A stretch of DNA of 39,282 nucleotides from a plasmid. The translations under genes were made by a program, and so were the position numbers. The stretch lies in the sequence record NZ_CP023006.1, one strand, 5' to 3'. Positions 24,670 through 36,557 of this stretch are shown here, piece after piece. Below the pieces are notes generated by a model. That model did not search any database. It was not told the origin of the DNA and worked only from the letters and a program-made list of their open reading frames with translations. Positions within the stretch are counted from its first letter, which is position 1. Every line of letters starts with the position of its first letter.

Positions 24670-25233
24670 GTGGTGAAACTATTGGGCAAGACTATTCGAC
24701 AACTTTCAGAAGAATTGAAATTATCAAAACAAGGTATTAATCAACGTATTAATAGTATTAATGGCTTTCGAAGCAAACACACTTATAAAGTCAAAAACCA
24801 TCTAGAAATAGACAACCAAGGCGTTAAAATGCTTGCTAATTTCGACAAGCAAAAACGACAAGAACGACAACCAAATCGGCAAGCTGAAAACGACAAGGAC
24901 AAAAATATTGATCATATCTTGCTAAAACAACTTGATGTTAAAGATCAACAAATTTCCAAATTACAAAAGTCCTTGGATCAGCAGCAACAACTACAGTTAG
25001 CGACACTTGCCGAAAATCGTCAACTAAAGAACCATATTCAAGAATTGAGTGGTCTTCTTGAATCTTCTAATTCAATTCAAAAACGACAAGTAACCAAGAA
25101 AAATGACAACTTTCCGAACAATGATAATTCCAGTCATATCAAGGATAAAAATGGTGTTGTCGGTACTGATGAAAAACAAAAGAAAATACATAAAAATAAA
25201 ACCAATAAGAGTTGGTGGCATTTTTGGAAATAA
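24670..25233 (+). CDS. OrfX-like HTH/coiled-coil protein, copy B
   Basis: Identical to 11576..12139 (+13094). Confidence 0.65.
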   Translation: MVKLLGKTIRQLSEELKLSKQGINQRINSINGFRSKHTYKVKNHLEIDNQGVKMLANFDKQKRQERQPNRQAENDKDKNIDHILLKQLDVKDQQISKLQKSLDQQQQLQLATLAENRQLKNHIQELSGLLESSNSIQKRQVTKKNDNFPNNDNSSHIKDKNGVVGTDEKQKKIHKNKTNKSWWHFWK

Positions 25234-25270
25234 ATTTCAGAGCAGTTATCAAAACTTTGGAGGGGTATCC

Positions 25271-26185
25271 TTGAAAGAAGACCACAAACAATCAAGCGAG
25301 AATCTGAGCTCTAACGATATTCATGAAAATATAATAAGAAAATATATGCCTGATATTCTGAATATTTTACTTATTGATAGAACAACAAGCACAGCTAATG
25401 GTACTCATAATATAATTTGGGCAAATAAGAATTATCTAAAGTATGATTCCAAAAGATATGCTATGACAGCGGAAATCAAGCCCGAACTAATCACGGGACT
25501 TATGGAAGGCATTATTCGTCCAAGAGCGTTAAAAACTAAAGAGATTCAAAAAAGACGGACTAAATCGAAAGCCGAGGTTTTTACACCAACTTGGATAGTA
25601 AAAAAACAGAATGATGAAGTTGACAATGATTTTGCCAACGATGATTTAGAAACTTACGTAAAGCGAACCTGGCTTGAGATTACTTGCGGGGAAGCTCCTT
25701 ATATGACAACTAGATATGATATGGACACCGGGAAAACTATTCCTATTGCTAAGCGTGTTGGATTCATTGATCGAAAGCTAGCTCGCATCAATAAGGAAGT
25801 TGACGGTAAATTGGAATGGCAACGGCTGGTTGAAGAATCTTATAAATCCAGCTATGGTTTTGAATGGAATGGGGATTCACTGCTATTAGCGCGTGAAAAC
25901 TTGCTTTATACTTACCGTGATAATTTTTTGATTAAGTGGCATACAGAGCCAACTCTAATTTTGCTTAGATCAATTGCTAAAATCATTAGTTACAATGTTT
26001 TTCAAATGGATGGCTTAAAATATACAATTCCTTTGACTGAAAGAAAAGAAAAAAAGATTGATCCACAAATGTCATTGTTTGAAGATTATAGTGATGAGAA
26101 GTGGATAGTTAAGCCTGGAAAACGTGTAAAAATAATGAATTGGGAAAAAAATAAAATGGAATTTTTTGATCAAGGAGTGAAATAA
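25271..26185 (+). CDS. Hypothetical 304-aa protein, copy B
   Basis: Identical to 12177..13091 (+13094). Confidence 0.6.
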   Translation: MKEDHKQSSENLSSNDIHENIIRKYMPDILNILLIDRTTSTANGTHNIIWANKNYLKYDSKRYAMTAEIKPELITGLMEGIIRPRALKTKEIQKRRTKSKAEVFTPTWIVKKQNDEVDNDFANDDLETYVKRTWLEITCGEAPYMTTRYDMDTGKTIPIAKRVGFIDRKLARINKEVDGKLEWQRLVEESYKSSYGFEWNGDSLLLARENLLYTYRDNFLIKWHTEPTLILLRSIAKIISYNVFQMDGLKYTIPLTERKEKKIDPQMSLFEDYSDEKWIVKPGKRVKIMNWEKNKMEFFDQGVK

Positions 26186-26187
26186 GT

Positions 26188-29100
26188 GTGAAAAATCAGC
26201 CCGCTATTAATACAACAAAAATAGTATACCCACAAATATACGCTTATACGTTACCAACCGAGAAAGAAGATTTAGGGTGGATTAAAATTGGTTACACTGA
26301 ACGTAAAAATGTTGATGATCGTATCAAAGAACAGACACATACGGCTGCCATTCGTTTAACATATTCCAAATTATGGTCAGAACCAGCCAAGTTTGCTAAA
26401 AATGAGGGTTGGTTTAAAGATAAGCAATTTCATTCCTATTTGCGTCGTTATAAGAAAGTTAGTCAGCGTCAAGGAACTGAATGGTTCTATTATGATGGTC
26501 ATCCGCAAAAATCACATCAAGATTTCATGGATTTTCGTAACAACCAGAAATCTCAAATTAAAGAACAGCTGACTTATCAGCTAAGACCTGAGCAAGTTGC
26601 AGCAGTTCACCAAACGTTAGATTATGCCCATAATCATCCTAATAGCGAATTCTTGTGGAACGCAAAACCACGGTTTGGAAAAACTTTAACTACATATGAT
26701 TTAGCTAGAAAATTAGATGCTAAAACTGTTTTAGTTGTGACTAATCGTCCTGCGGTTGCTAACTCTTGGTTTGATGATTTTGAAAAATTTATTTCTTGGC
26801 AAACTAGTTACGCTTTTATTTCGACTAATGATACTTTAAAAGATCGTCCAGTTTTAACAATAGACGAATTTAATAATGAACCATTTAGTGGCAGTAAAAA
26901 AGACAAAATGATTACCTTTATTTCCTTACAAGATTTGAAGGGAGCAATTTCATTTGGTGGTAACTATGACAAGCTCAAATGGGTTAAAGATTCACATTGG
27001 GATTTACTAGTTATTGATGAGAGTCATGAGGGAGTAGATACTTTTAAAACTGATATTGCTTTCAATAATATTAATCGTGACTTTACTTTAAATTTATCTG
27101 GTACGCCCTTTAAAGCCGTTGCATCAGGAAAATTTAAACAAAATCAAATTTATAATTGGACTTATGCTGACGAACAACAGGCAAAAGCAAATTGGCATGA
27201 TTCAGAAAAAAATAATCCTTATAGATCATTACCAAAGCTGAATCTGTTTTCTTATCAGATGAGTCCCATGATCACAGATGAAGTTAATCAAGGAGCACAA
27301 ATCAACGGAGATAATATTGACTATGCTTTTGATTTAAATGAATTTTTCGCAACCAACCAAAATGGCCATTTTATTCATGAAATGGATATAAAAAAATGGT
27401 TAGATACCTTAACACATAACGAGAAATATCCATTCTCTACTAAAGAATTAAGGAATAAACTAAAGCATACTTTCTGGCTATTAAATCGTGTTGCCAGTGC
27501 TAAGGCGCTAGAAAAATTATTAAAAGAACATCCAGTTTTTAAAGATTATGAGATTATTTTAGCAGCTGGAGATGGGCATGGTTTTGATGACGATCAGACC
27601 ATTAATGAAAAATCACTTGATAAAGTTAAAAGAGAAATTAAAAAAAATGATAAAACTATAACGTTATCCGTTGGCCAATTGACGACTGGTGTGACTATTC
27701 CTGAGTGGACAGCCGTATTAGTATTATCTAACCTAAAATCACCCAGCCAATACATGCAAGCGGCATTTCGGGCACAAAATCCGTGGGAACACATGGTTAA
27801 TGGTCAAGTTTATCAAAAAGAAAATGCCTACGTTTTTGACTTTGCCCCTGAACGTACGTTAACTATTTATGATGAATTTGCTAACGATTTATCAAAACAA
27901 ACATCAAATGGTAACGGAACGACAAAGGACCGTGAGAAAAATATCGGGAGGTTATTGAACTTTTTCCCTGTAATTGCTGAAGATAAGCAAGGCAAGATGG
28001 TTGAATTAAACGTTAACCAGGTCCTAACTATTCCAAGAGCCATTAAAGCTCAAGAAGTAGTTCGACGTGGTTTTATGTCTAATTTGTTGTTTGCAAATAT
28101 ATCAGGAATTTTTGCTTCAGCAGGGGCACGAGAAATATTGGAACAATTAAATCCGGTTGACACTGGTAAAAAAGTTTCGCATAAGACTGAAAAGAAAATC
28201 GATACAAGAAATGTCAAAGTCAACGATAAGGGTGAAGTTGAAGTCAATCCAGAAATTGTTGTAGCTAAAACGTCGGCCCATTTTGGTGAGAAAGTTTACG
28301 GCGATATAACTGATAAAATCGAACAAGCGTCAAATCAAGATATCAATTTGGTCAAACTTACTTCAGATACATTCAAGAAAAAAACTTTAGCAGCAGCAAA
28401 GAATATTGCTAAAGAAAATGGTTTGACTGCTACAACAGCAGAACATATTATCCAGCAACATTCAAATTTTTTGGCGCGTGAAGTTCAAGTTATTCAAAAA
28501 CAAAAGAATATAAAAGAAGCTCAAAATAAAGTAGATTTAAAGCAAGCTATTGAAAAATCTCAAGATAATCCTGAAGAAATTGCTAAAGCTCAGACAGCGT
28601 TTGAAAATAGAAAACAACAAATTGAAAGGGGGTATAAAGAAAAATTAACCAAAAAAGTTGCTGATCAGACAAAACAACTAACCAATCAAACAACTGAAAC
28701 CTTGTTAAAAAAGGCAGAAGAAAAGAAGAAAAATACGGTTGAGGATGATATTCGAGCACGTTTGCGTGGCTTTGCTCGCACTATTCCTTCATTTTTGATG
28801 GCTTATGGTGCATCCACTACAGAACTAGCTAATTTTGATCAAAATATAAAAGGTGATGTTTTCAAAGAGGTAACAGGTATCACACTTGATCAGTTCCGAT
28901 CCTTACGCGATACGTATCATTTTTTCGATGAAACAACATTTAATGAATCCGTTCAAGAATTTTTAAGAAAAAGATCTCAACTTGCTAATTATTTTGACGA
29001 ATCACAAGATGAGGACATTTTTGATTATGTTCCAGCCCAGAAGACCAATCAAATATTTACTCCAAAGAGAGTCGTTAAATTGATGCTTGATAAGCTTGAA

Positions 29101-30420
29101 GAGGAAGAGCCTAACATCTTTAAAGACAAAAACAAAACTTTTGTTGATTTGTACGTTAAATCTGGATTGTATTTAACCGAAATCATCAAACGTCTTTATA
29201 TTGGTCTGGAAGATCAAATACCTGAGTCAAATGAACGTTTGACTCATATCTTAGAAAAACAGATTTATGGTTTTGCTCCAAGCAATATTATTTATAGCAT
29301 TGCAAAGAACTTTGTTTTTTCACCCTTTCCAAATTTAGATAATTCACATTTAAAACAGTTAGATATGATTCCTTATGCCAAAAGAGAGAAGAGGCTGGAT
29401 ATGAAATTTGACGTAGTGGTGGGAAATCCACCTTATCAGGAAACAGCAAATGGTAAAAGTACTAAAGACGTTCCAGTTTATAATTACTTTTATGATTTAG
29501 CAGAAAGAGTTTCAACAAAATATATTTTAATTTCTCCAGCTCGTTTCTTATTTAATGCCGGCAGTACCGATAAAAAATGGAATAAGAAGATGCTTTCAAA
29601 TAAACATATAAAGGTTGTTTTTTATGAGCAAGATGCAGCAAAGATTTTTCCAAATACCGATATTAAGGGTGGGATTGCTATCCTATATAGAAATAAAGAT
29701 AAAGATTTCGGAAACATTGGATTGTTTACTCCTTTTGAAGAATTAGATTCCATCTCTAATAAAGTATCTAAGTTGACATATCGGACACTAGACGAAATTA
29801 TTTCTAATCGTGGTCAATATAGATTTTCAGATTTAATTTACAAAGAATATCCGAATGATATGAAGAAAATTTCAGACAGAAGAATCGCTTCTAACGCGTT
29901 TAATAACCTCCCAAATTTATTTACAGAAAAAGAACCACACAATAAGTTCAATTATATAAGGATATTAGGTCGTTTAGACAATCAACGCATTTATAGGTGG
30001 TTTAGGCGCGATTATTTACAAGAACCCATAACTTTTGAAAAATGGAAAATAATACTACCTAAAGCTAATGGAAGTGGGGCAATTGGAGAAGTATTAAGTA
30101 CACCCCTAATCGGTAAACCCCTAATCGGGTTTACCGAGACTTTTATTTCAATTGGTGTTTTTGATAATAAGTTAGAAGCTCAAAATGCTCTAAAATATGT
30201 CCAAAGTAAATTTGCACGAACTATGCTGGGAATTTTAAAAATTACACAGGACAATCCAAAGGATAAGTGGTCAAAGGTTCCTCTTCAAGACTTCACACAA
30301 AATTCAGATATAGATTGGACTAAGTCAATATCTGATATTGATCAGCAACTTTATAAAAAATATGGACTAAATCAAAAAGAAATTAATTTTATTGAAAATA
30401 AAGTTAAATCAATGAATTAA
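26188..30420 (+). CDS. T5orf172-helicase-MTase-TRD large protein, copy C
   Basis: Identical to 13094..17326 (+13094). Confidence 0.85.
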   Translation: MKNQPAINTTKIVYPQIYAYTLPTEKEDLGWIKIGYTERKNVDDRIKEQTHTAAIRLTYSKLWSEPAKFAKNEGWFKDKQFHSYLRRYKKVSQRQGTEWFYYDGHPQKSHQDFMDFRNNQKSQIKEQLTYQLRPEQVAAVHQTLDYAHNHPNSEFLWNAKPRFGKTLTTYDLARKLDAKTVLVVTNRPAVANSWFDDFEKFISWQTSYAFISTNDTLKDRPVLTIDEFNNEPFSGSKKDKMITFISLQDLKGAISFGGNYDKLKWVKDSHWDLLVIDESHEGVDTFKTDIAFNNINRDFTLNLSGTPFKAVASGKFKQNQIYNWTYADEQQAKANWHDSEKNNPYRSLPKLNLFSYQMSPMITDEVNQGAQINGDNIDYAFDLNEFFATNQNGHFIHEMDIKKWLDTLTHNEKYPFSTKELRNKLKHTFWLLNRVASAKALEKLLKEHPVFKDYEIILAAGDGHGFDDDQTINEKSLDKVKREIKKNDKTITLSVGQLTTGVTIPEWTAVLVLSNLKSPSQYMQAAFRAQNPWEHMVNGQVYQKENAYVFDFAPERTLTIYDEFANDLSKQTSNGNGTTKDREKNIGRLLNFFPVIAEDKQGKMVELNVNQVLTIPRAIKAQEVVRRGFMSNLLFANISGIFASAGAREILEQLNPVDTGKKVSHKTEKKIDTRNVKVNDKGEVEVNPEIVVAKTSAHFGEKVYGDITDKIEQASNQDINLVKLTSDTFKKKTLAAAKNIAKENGLTATTAEHIIQQHSNFLAREVQVIQKQKNIKEAQNKVDLKQAIEKSQDNPEEIAKAQTAFENRKQQIERGYKEKLTKKVADQTKQLTNQTTETLLKKAEEKKKNTVEDDIRARLRGFARTIPSFLMAYGASTTELANFDQNIKGDVFKEVTGITLDQFRSLRDTYHFFDETTFNESVQEFLRKRSQLANYFDESQDEDIFDYVPAQKTNQIFTPKRVVKLMLDKLEEEEPNIFKDKNKTFVDLYVKSGLYLTEIIKRLYIGLEDQIPESNERLTHILEKQIYGFAPSNIIYSIAKNFVFSPFPNLDNSHLKQLDMIPYAKREKRLDMKFDVVVGNPPYQETANGKSTKDVPVYNYFYDLAERVSTKYILISPARFLFNAGSTDKKWNKKMLSNKHIKVVFYEQDAAKIFPNTDIKGGIAILYRNKDKDFGNIGLFTPFEELDSISNKVSKLTYRTLDEIISNRGQYRFSDLIYKEYPNDMKKISDRRIASNAFNNLPNLFTEKEPHNKFNYIRILGRLDNQRIYRWFRRDYLQEPITFEKWKIILPKANGSGAIGEVLSTPLIGKPLIGFTETFISIGVFDNKLEAQNALKYVQSKFARTMLGILKITQDNPKDKWSKVPLQDFTQNSDIDWTKSISDIDQQLYKKYGLNQKEINFIENKVKSMN

Positions 30421-30440
30421 AGGCCAATAAGGAGGAAAAA

Positions 30441-31418
30441 ATGAACTTTACAGAGAAAAAATTAAAGTCTTTCTCGATGCCACTCAGTGATACAGAAGAT
30501 CAAAAATGTAAGCATGCTATTCAAGAAGTTAGAAATTCTATGGCTAACTTGGGATTTGAGGAGTCTTCTAATGGAATAACTCGTGTATTTGACAATACTA
30601 GTTCCTATCAAACATTCATGAAAAATAATGAATCGGGCGAAAAAATCAAAATTTTTCTCCAGGGATCCTATGCAAATAATACTAATATCAAAGCAGAAAG
30701 TGACGTTGATGTTGCTATAGTAAGAGAAGAAATTTTTAACACACTTTTTCGTAGTGAAGGAGTATACCCTCAAAATAATGAAACGTTTGGATTTTATAAT
30801 GTACCACAAAAGCCAATAACATTTAAAGATCGTGTAGACACATGCTTAAGAGCTAGCTTTCACGAGCAAGTAATAAGACATAATAAGTCAATTAGGGTTT
30901 TGGGAAATAGTTACAGAAAAAATGCTGACACAGTCCCAGCTAATCGTTACAGAAACTATCAAGGAAACTATTCAAATGATCCTGAAGACTATGTTGGAGG
31001 GATAATAATTAAACCAGATTATGGAACTTCTATAATTAATTATCCAGAACAACATATACGCATGGGAAGGCAGAAAAACATAGCAACAAATCATTTTTAT
31101 AAAAAACAAGTTAGAATAATGAAAAGCATTAAAAACTTAATGACTGATGAGGGATATACATCCGCACAAAAAATGTCATCTTTTGGTTTGGAGTCATTAA
31201 CTTGGAATATACCTGATAACATTTTCACTAAATATGACCAGCTAAGATTTGTTTTCGATGATATTGTTATCTATTTGACCGACCATGCAGATAATGTAGC
31301 TAACTTTAAAGAGGCAAATGGTATAAAAAGACTTTGTAATGATGAAAATCAAGTTACGGATTATCTAAACTTTATTTCGGATTTAAAATCATTCTATGAA
31401 TTTGAAATAGGAGATTAG
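30441..31418 (+). CDS. cGAS/DncV-like nucleotidyltransferase, copy C
   Basis: Identical to 4253..5230 (+26188). Confidence 0.75.
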   Translation: MNFTEKKLKSFSMPLSDTEDQKCKHAIQEVRNSMANLGFEESSNGITRVFDNTSSYQTFMKNNESGEKIKIFLQGSYANNTNIKAESDVDVAIVREEIFNTLFRSEGVYPQNNETFGFYNVPQKPITFKDRVDTCLRASFHEQVIRHNKSIRVLGNSYRKNADTVPANRYRNYQGNYSNDPEDYVGGIIIKPDYGTSIINYPEQHIRMGRQKNIATNHFYKKQVRIMKSIKNLMTDEGYTSAQKMSSFGLESLTWNIPDNIFTKYDQLRFVFDDIVIYLTDHADNVANFKEANGIKRLCNDENQVTDYLNFISDLKSFYEFEIGD

Positions 31419-31419
31419 A

Positions 31420-31980
31420 ATGAAAAGTGAAGAGAAAGGACTTATTAAATATAGTGTTACTATAGGAATTATTGTTTTTGTTGTTCTTTGTGTTACACAT
31501 AATTTGAATATTAGACTAAATACATTGAAGTCTATTACGGATTACGCGGGAGATTCTATATCTATTAGTGTAATTTTTGCATTTTTTTATGAAAAATATA
31601 TTTGGCGTTGGAATCCATTTGAAAAACATCCGAGACTTGCTAAAAAATATTCTGGTTATCTTATTTCAACCTTTGATGATAAAAAAAGAACACTCGAACT
31701 AGACTTGAAACAAACTTTAATGACTTGCAAAGTACATCAAAAAACTGAAGAAAGCGACAGCGATGCAATTAATACAAATATAATAGATATAAATGGACGA
31801 AGTGCCCTTGTTTACACCTATTTAAATGTTCCAAGGCTAAATGTCCGAGAAAGAAGCCCTATACATTATGGAAGTGCTATTCTTTTTATTAACAGTCAAG
31901 AAAAACTTAATGGAGGATACTTTACTGATAGGAAAACGACCGGTCAGATAACTGCTGAGAAAAAGATTAAACCGATTTAA
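31420..31980 (+). CDS. Two-TM Cap15-like effector, copy C
   Basis: Identical to 5232..5792 (+26188). Confidence 0.6.
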   Translation: MKSEEKGLIKYSVTIGIIVFVVLCVTHNLNIRLNTLKSITDYAGDSISISVIFAFFYEKYIWRWNPFEKHPRLAKKYSGYLISTFDDKKRTLELDLKQTLMTCKVHQKTEESDSDAINTNIIDINGRSALVYTYLNVPRLNVRERSPIHYGSAILFINSQEKLNGGYFTDRKTTGQITAEKKIKPI

Positions 31981-32172
31981 GTAATAACTTATAAAAAATT
32001 CATAATATTTAATTACATTAGGGGCCATAATTAACAAATACCCCCTTGAAAAGACCGATAAAACAGCCCCTAACAAATCAACTTGGTTTGTTAGGGGCTG
32101 TTTTTTAGATTATACTTAAAATAACGCCTATAATGGTTGGATTCTAATGCTTAAAAAAGAGGTGACTAGGTT

Positions 32173-32445
32173 ATGGTGCAATAACTTGTTTTACCAATCA
32201 AAGATTCTAACGTCCTAACAAGTGTCCAGGAGACGCTGTTGGATAGTTTTCGAGCTGGTCGGCGTAATTACACCATTTTTCAACTGGGTAAAGCGACCTT
32301 ACTACGGGTCAGTGATGTCATGCAGCTGAAAAAGGTTGATGTCTTTAACGCCGATGGTACGATTAAGCAAAATACGTTTATCCTCGACCAAAAAACGGGT
32401 AAAGCTAACACTCTTTATCTCAAACCAGTGCAGACTGTATATTAA
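32173..32445 (+). pseudogene. Tyrosine recombinase pseudogene fragment, copy C
   Basis: Identical to 5985..6257 (+26188). Confidence 0.8.
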
Positions 32446-33431
32446 TCTTTTGGAAATATTTTTTCATTGATAACAACGACTGTTTTTTCGCTAATGCCCA
32501 TTCTATATTCAAATAATAAATCTACTAATTCATCACCATCAACTAAGGTAATTAAATTAGCTCCTTGACGCGATCTACTGACAGCATCATTTGTATAGGT
32601 AGAAGTCGTTACAAATATCCCTCTGTCTGCATTATGACCACTAATGGTACCAGCAAAATTACTGATATCTGGTCCTGTAACCGGACCTTTTGTAAATCGC
32701 TTAGTTTGTAACACAATTTTATATGTCATCAACTCAGGGGTTCTTAAATAACCTATGCCATCAATGCCACTATCTCCTGTTTTTGAAGTGGTATCCATTT
32801 TAATGCCTATTTTTCGCATAAGATTTACAATCAATTCTTCAAACTTATATGGATTCATTTCACTCAATCGCTGTAATAATTGATCTCGCCATAATTCAGA
32901 ATCATCTGTTTCTTCTACAATGTCTTCGTCCAGATTGGCAATATTGACATTTGAAGATGATAGTATTTCATCTTTCTTTTTTTGATTATTTAGCTTCTTT
33001 TTTTGCCAAACAGGAGTAGATATTGAGTATACATCGTCCCATACATCAAAGTTATTTATATCAACGTCTTCTCCCATCTGTGTCAAGGCCCATACTCCCC
33101 ACTGTGGTGAATAAAGTAATCCGGCTTTCTTTAAATTAGACATAGACCACTGCAATCTAAAATCTAACTGACTTTGACCATTACTAGACTTTTTCTCTCT
33201 ATCTGCATCTGTAAAATAAGGATATTCAACAGCCTTTTCTTTGACAAGAGCAGCTTTAGTTGGCCCCCCATAAGACTGTAATGCTTGTAAAATAGCCACT
33301 ACACCAAACTTCTCCATATAGTTCAAGTTTTTATTAGAATTCACGAAGCTGAGCCAATTCTTAGGCATATCAGCTTCCAATTCTGTTATTTTACGAGTGA
33401 TTCCGAAATGATCATACGCTAAATCTACCAT
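32442..33431 (-). CDS. mrr: Mrr-family type IV restriction endonuclease, copy C
   Basis: Identical to 6254..7243 (+26188). Confidence 0.8.
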   Translation of the reverse strand: MVDLAYDHFGITRKITELEADMPKNWLSFVNSNKNLNYMEKFGVVAILQALQSYGGPTKAALVKEKAVEYPYFTDADREKKSSNGQSQLDFRLQWSMSNLKKAGLLYSPQWGVWALTQMGEDVDINNFDVWDDVYSISTPVWQKKKLNNQKKKDEILSSSNVNIANLDEDIVEETDDSELWRDQLLQRLSEMNPYKFEELIVNLMRKIGIKMDTTSKTGDSGIDGIGYLRTPELMTYKIVLQTKRFTKGPVTGPDISNFAGTISGHNADRGIFVTTSTYTNDAVSRSRQGANLITLVDGDELVDLLFEYRMGISEKTVVVINEKIFPKD

Positions 33432-33909
33432 GTTTAATCCATCCTTATAAATTTTATTTTTATTATACACTTACGTTTACAGATTATTTTAATGTGGTTA
33501 AGCTGACACCAGCTTGCCCGACGCGGGTAGCGTTCTGCATGACATGCTCCCGATGAAATCGACCATGCAACGGTAAATTGCCCTGTCACGGCGTGACCCG
33601 CCGGAGGTTTTACGAGCCGGATAATAGGCGCTGTAAAATAGCAGTTTTCCCAGAAGGAAGGGAAAACGCTACTGTAATCGCTTGTCGATTACTTGCCTCG
33701 CAGAGCCTGTCCAAAATATTATTTTGGTATAACAGGCTATACCAGATTTTTAACGGTGTTATACTGGTCTTGGAAAACCTTTTTCGAGGAGGCATTTTTG
33801 ATGGCGCATTTACAAAATCGCCCCTCAAAAATATTGAAAGAATAACCCCTAATATCTATAATGCAGATATTAGGGGTTATTTATTTTCATATTATAAAAA
33901 TGACTTCTT

Positions 33910-34266
33910 CTATTCGTCATTTTTTCGATACCTTTTAGAACGATTTTGACCAGGAAATAAACGATCATGCGATCCGACTCGAATGCCAATTAAGACTAGT
34001 TCATCTTTATCAATCGTATAAACCACCAGGACATCGTTAGTTTCGCTTGGTGTTTTGTTTTTCGGGGTATCTCGCAAGTGAAATTCATTATAACCGCTCA
34101 TTCGCCGATTAAGCTCATGATCTTCAAATTCTGGTGGTAATTGTTGTTGCTCAAGCAACAGGTCAATGGCTGCTCGAACTTCATTAATAATAGATTTGTC
34201 TAAACTGGCTAACCGTTTTAGATCAGCATTAAAGGTTGCACGTGGTTTAAATCTTAGTTTTTTCAT
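33910..34266 (-). CDS. RelE/YafQ-like toxin, copy C
   Basis: Identical to 7722..8078 (+26188). Confidence 0.7.
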   Translation of the reverse strand: MKKLRFKPRATFNADLKRLASLDKSIINEVRAAIDLLLEQQQLPPEFEDHELNRRMSGYNEFHLRDTPKNKTPSETNDVLVVYTIDKDELVLIGIRVGSHDRLFPGQNRSKRYRKNDE

Positions 34267-34553
34267 TATTTAAACTGGCCCCAATAATCATCATCTGATT
34301 CAACAATTTCATCGTCAGGTAAAACATGGCGTTTAATTAACTGATCACGTGCAATTGCATATTCTAACGAACCTTCTTTAGCTTTTAATGCTCTTTCTAG
34401 CCACTCCATTTTTTCTTGTGAAACAATGGCTACTGCGCGACTATTTGAACGAGCAATATAAACGGTTTCGTCTTCGTCATTAACTTGATCTAAATATTTT
34501 TTTAGGTTAGCGCGAAAATCGCTCTGTGTTAATGCTAATGTCATATTTACCAC
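34266..34553 (-). CDS. Phd/YefM antitoxin, copy C
   Basis: Identical to 8078..8365 (+26188). Confidence 0.75.
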   Translation of the reverse strand: MVNMTLALTQSDFRANLKKYLDQVNDEDETVYIARSNSRAVAIVSQEKMEWLERALKAKEGSLEYAIARDQLIKRHVLPDDEIVESDDDYWGQFK

Positions 34554-34620
34554 CCTTTCATTGTACTTAATATTGTACTTTAATTTGTACTAAAAATCAA
34601 TTTTTTAAGGAGCTAAAACT

Positions 34621-35208
34621 ATGCAACAAGTTGTCTTACCCATCAAAGATTCAAACGTTCTCAAAGAGGTGCAAGATACCTTACTCAACAACTTTAAAGC
34701 TGGCCGGCGTAACTATACAGTTTTTCAAGTTGGCAAAGCAACACTGTTGCGAGTCAGTGATGTCATGCGCTTAAAACAAACCGATATTTTTAATCCGGAC
34801 GGTTCTATTAAACAAAATGCGTTTATTCATGACCGAAAAACGGGTAAACCGAATACCTTGTACCTTAAACCTGTTCAAACAGAGCTCTTATTGTACCGTC
34901 AATGGCTGCTTGATCATAAACTGGATTCTGAATGGCTCTTTCCTTCAATTCAACACCCAGAACGCCATATCACGGAAAAACAGTTCTACAAAATTATGAG
35001 TAAGGTTGGCGATCTTTTAAGCATTAATTATCTAGGTACTCATACGATGCGCAAAACTGGGGCTTATCGTGTTTACACGCAATCAAATTACAATATTGGT
35101 TTAGTCATGCACTTATTAAATCATTCAAGTGAAGCCATGACTTTAGCTTATTTAGGCTTAGACCAAGCCAGTACCGAAACGATGTTAGATCAAATTGATT
35201 TTGGTTAG
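34621..35208 (+). CDS. Short tyrosine recombinase, copy C
   Basis: Identical to 8433..9020 (+26188). Confidence 0.85.
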   Translation: MQQVVLPIKDSNVLKEVQDTLLNNFKAGRRNYTVFQVGKATLLRVSDVMRLKQTDIFNPDGSIKQNAFIHDRKTGKPNTLYLKPVQTELLLYRQWLLDHKLDSEWLFPSIQHPERHITEKQFYKIMSKVGDLLSINYLGTHTMRKTGAYRVYTQSNYNIGLVMHLLNHSSEAMTLAYLGLDQASTETMLDQIDFG

Positions 35209-35624
35209 TTTTATTTGGATTTTTAGTTGTTGCCGAAGGCAACTTCTGAGACAGATTTTAAGCACAAAACCTCCACTAATTTTTAGTGGCGTGTAAGTGC
35301 GCCTTGACCGAGATTTGCTCGGTTTGCGGACTCACATAGATGTTCTATGTGTAAGTGCGCATTAAACTCATTTCATTCCGTTTAATGACGCTAAAAAATA
35401 GCTAACTTGATCATTAAAATAAAAGGTTTTTTTAGTTCAATGCGCATTTACACGTCAACTAACTTTGACGTGTTTCGATACCCCAAAAATTGTATTAGAT
35501 TTCGCTGCGCTCAAACAAATCTTTTTAATTGCTTTACACCGTTTTTCTTTCTAAACTTAATCACAATCTTTGAATAACTAACTATAAAAAGATGCCTTTA
35601 ATTTAAACCTGAAATAATTAGCTA

Positions 35625-35837
35625 ATGTTAGGAGTCATTAAGCTGGACGAAAAGAAAGTATTAAAACCAATTGATGAAATGCTTGCTGATCCTTGGCAAG
35701 TTGATATTCAAGAATTGTTTGAAGCTTCTGTCAATGAACCTGACGAGATCAAAAGGAATTTGTATGATTCCCTATATACTTATATTTTACAAAAAAGACA
35801 AGAAGATATTATTAATCGTCCTGGCTTTGCTATTTAG
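35625..35837 (+). CDS. Hypothetical 70-aa protein, copy C
   Basis: Identical to 9437..9649 (+26188). Confidence 0.3.
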   Translation: MLGVIKLDEKKVLKPIDEMLADPWQVDIQELFEASVNEPDEIKRNLYDSLYTYILQKRQEDIINRPGFAI

Positions 35838-36307
35838 TCCTCTAAAAGCTCACTGAGGGCTTTTTATTTTTGCTTTGGTGTAAATGTATATGAATAGTCT
35901 TAAAATCGCTGAGAACAAAAAATAAGGCCCTTAAAAAGTGACATAGCAGTTAAATCTTTATCAAGTTTTAGAAAAGCTAACTGTTTGCTGTCAATGGTAG
36001 CGGACGAGCAAAGCGTGGGAGCATAAGGAATTGACAGCTCTTAACTAGTCTTAACACTGAATTGGCGAAAGCCAAAGTTTCTATAAAACTTTGCTTTCCT
36101 GCCTAACGGCGAGTGAAAAAGCGGTCAAGCTGGCTCAGCTTGGATGGGGTTCGGGGCGTTAGCGCCCGATTAAATGTGGCTTGCCACACCTTTTTAGGCA
36201 ACGAACGAAGTGAGGCGCAAGAAGCGTAGCGACTGGAGTTTAATGTGAGCCGGTTTTTGGCTCACTCCTTTGTGTTTTTTGTTTCTAGATTTTAATCTCG
36301 TACAGCG

Positions 36308-36533
36308 GTGCCTCTTATATACCTCTTTTATAAACCTCTTTTAAACCTCTTTTAGACCCCTCTTGAGCCTTACTCTCCCAAGGCTCACAGAAGGTTATCA
36401 AGTACCTTTTGTCTGTTTATCAAGTACCTTTTGTCTGTTTATCAAGTACCTTTTGTCTGTTTATCAAGTACCTTTTGTCTGTTTATCAAGTACCTTTATA
36501 AGTTCTGTACTTGATAAAAAGGTACTTTTATTT
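36308..36533. repeat. Replication origin (short DRs + 22-bp iterons), copy C
   Basis: Identical to 10120..10345 (+26188). Confidence 0.85.
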
Positions 36534-36557
36534 TAATATGTGTTTGAGGTGATAATC

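Larger units (their letters stand above)
13095..26188. repeat. Tandem unit copy B (identical to copy A)
   Basis: Same ORF set shifted by exactly 13094, with identical protein translations. Confidence 0.95.
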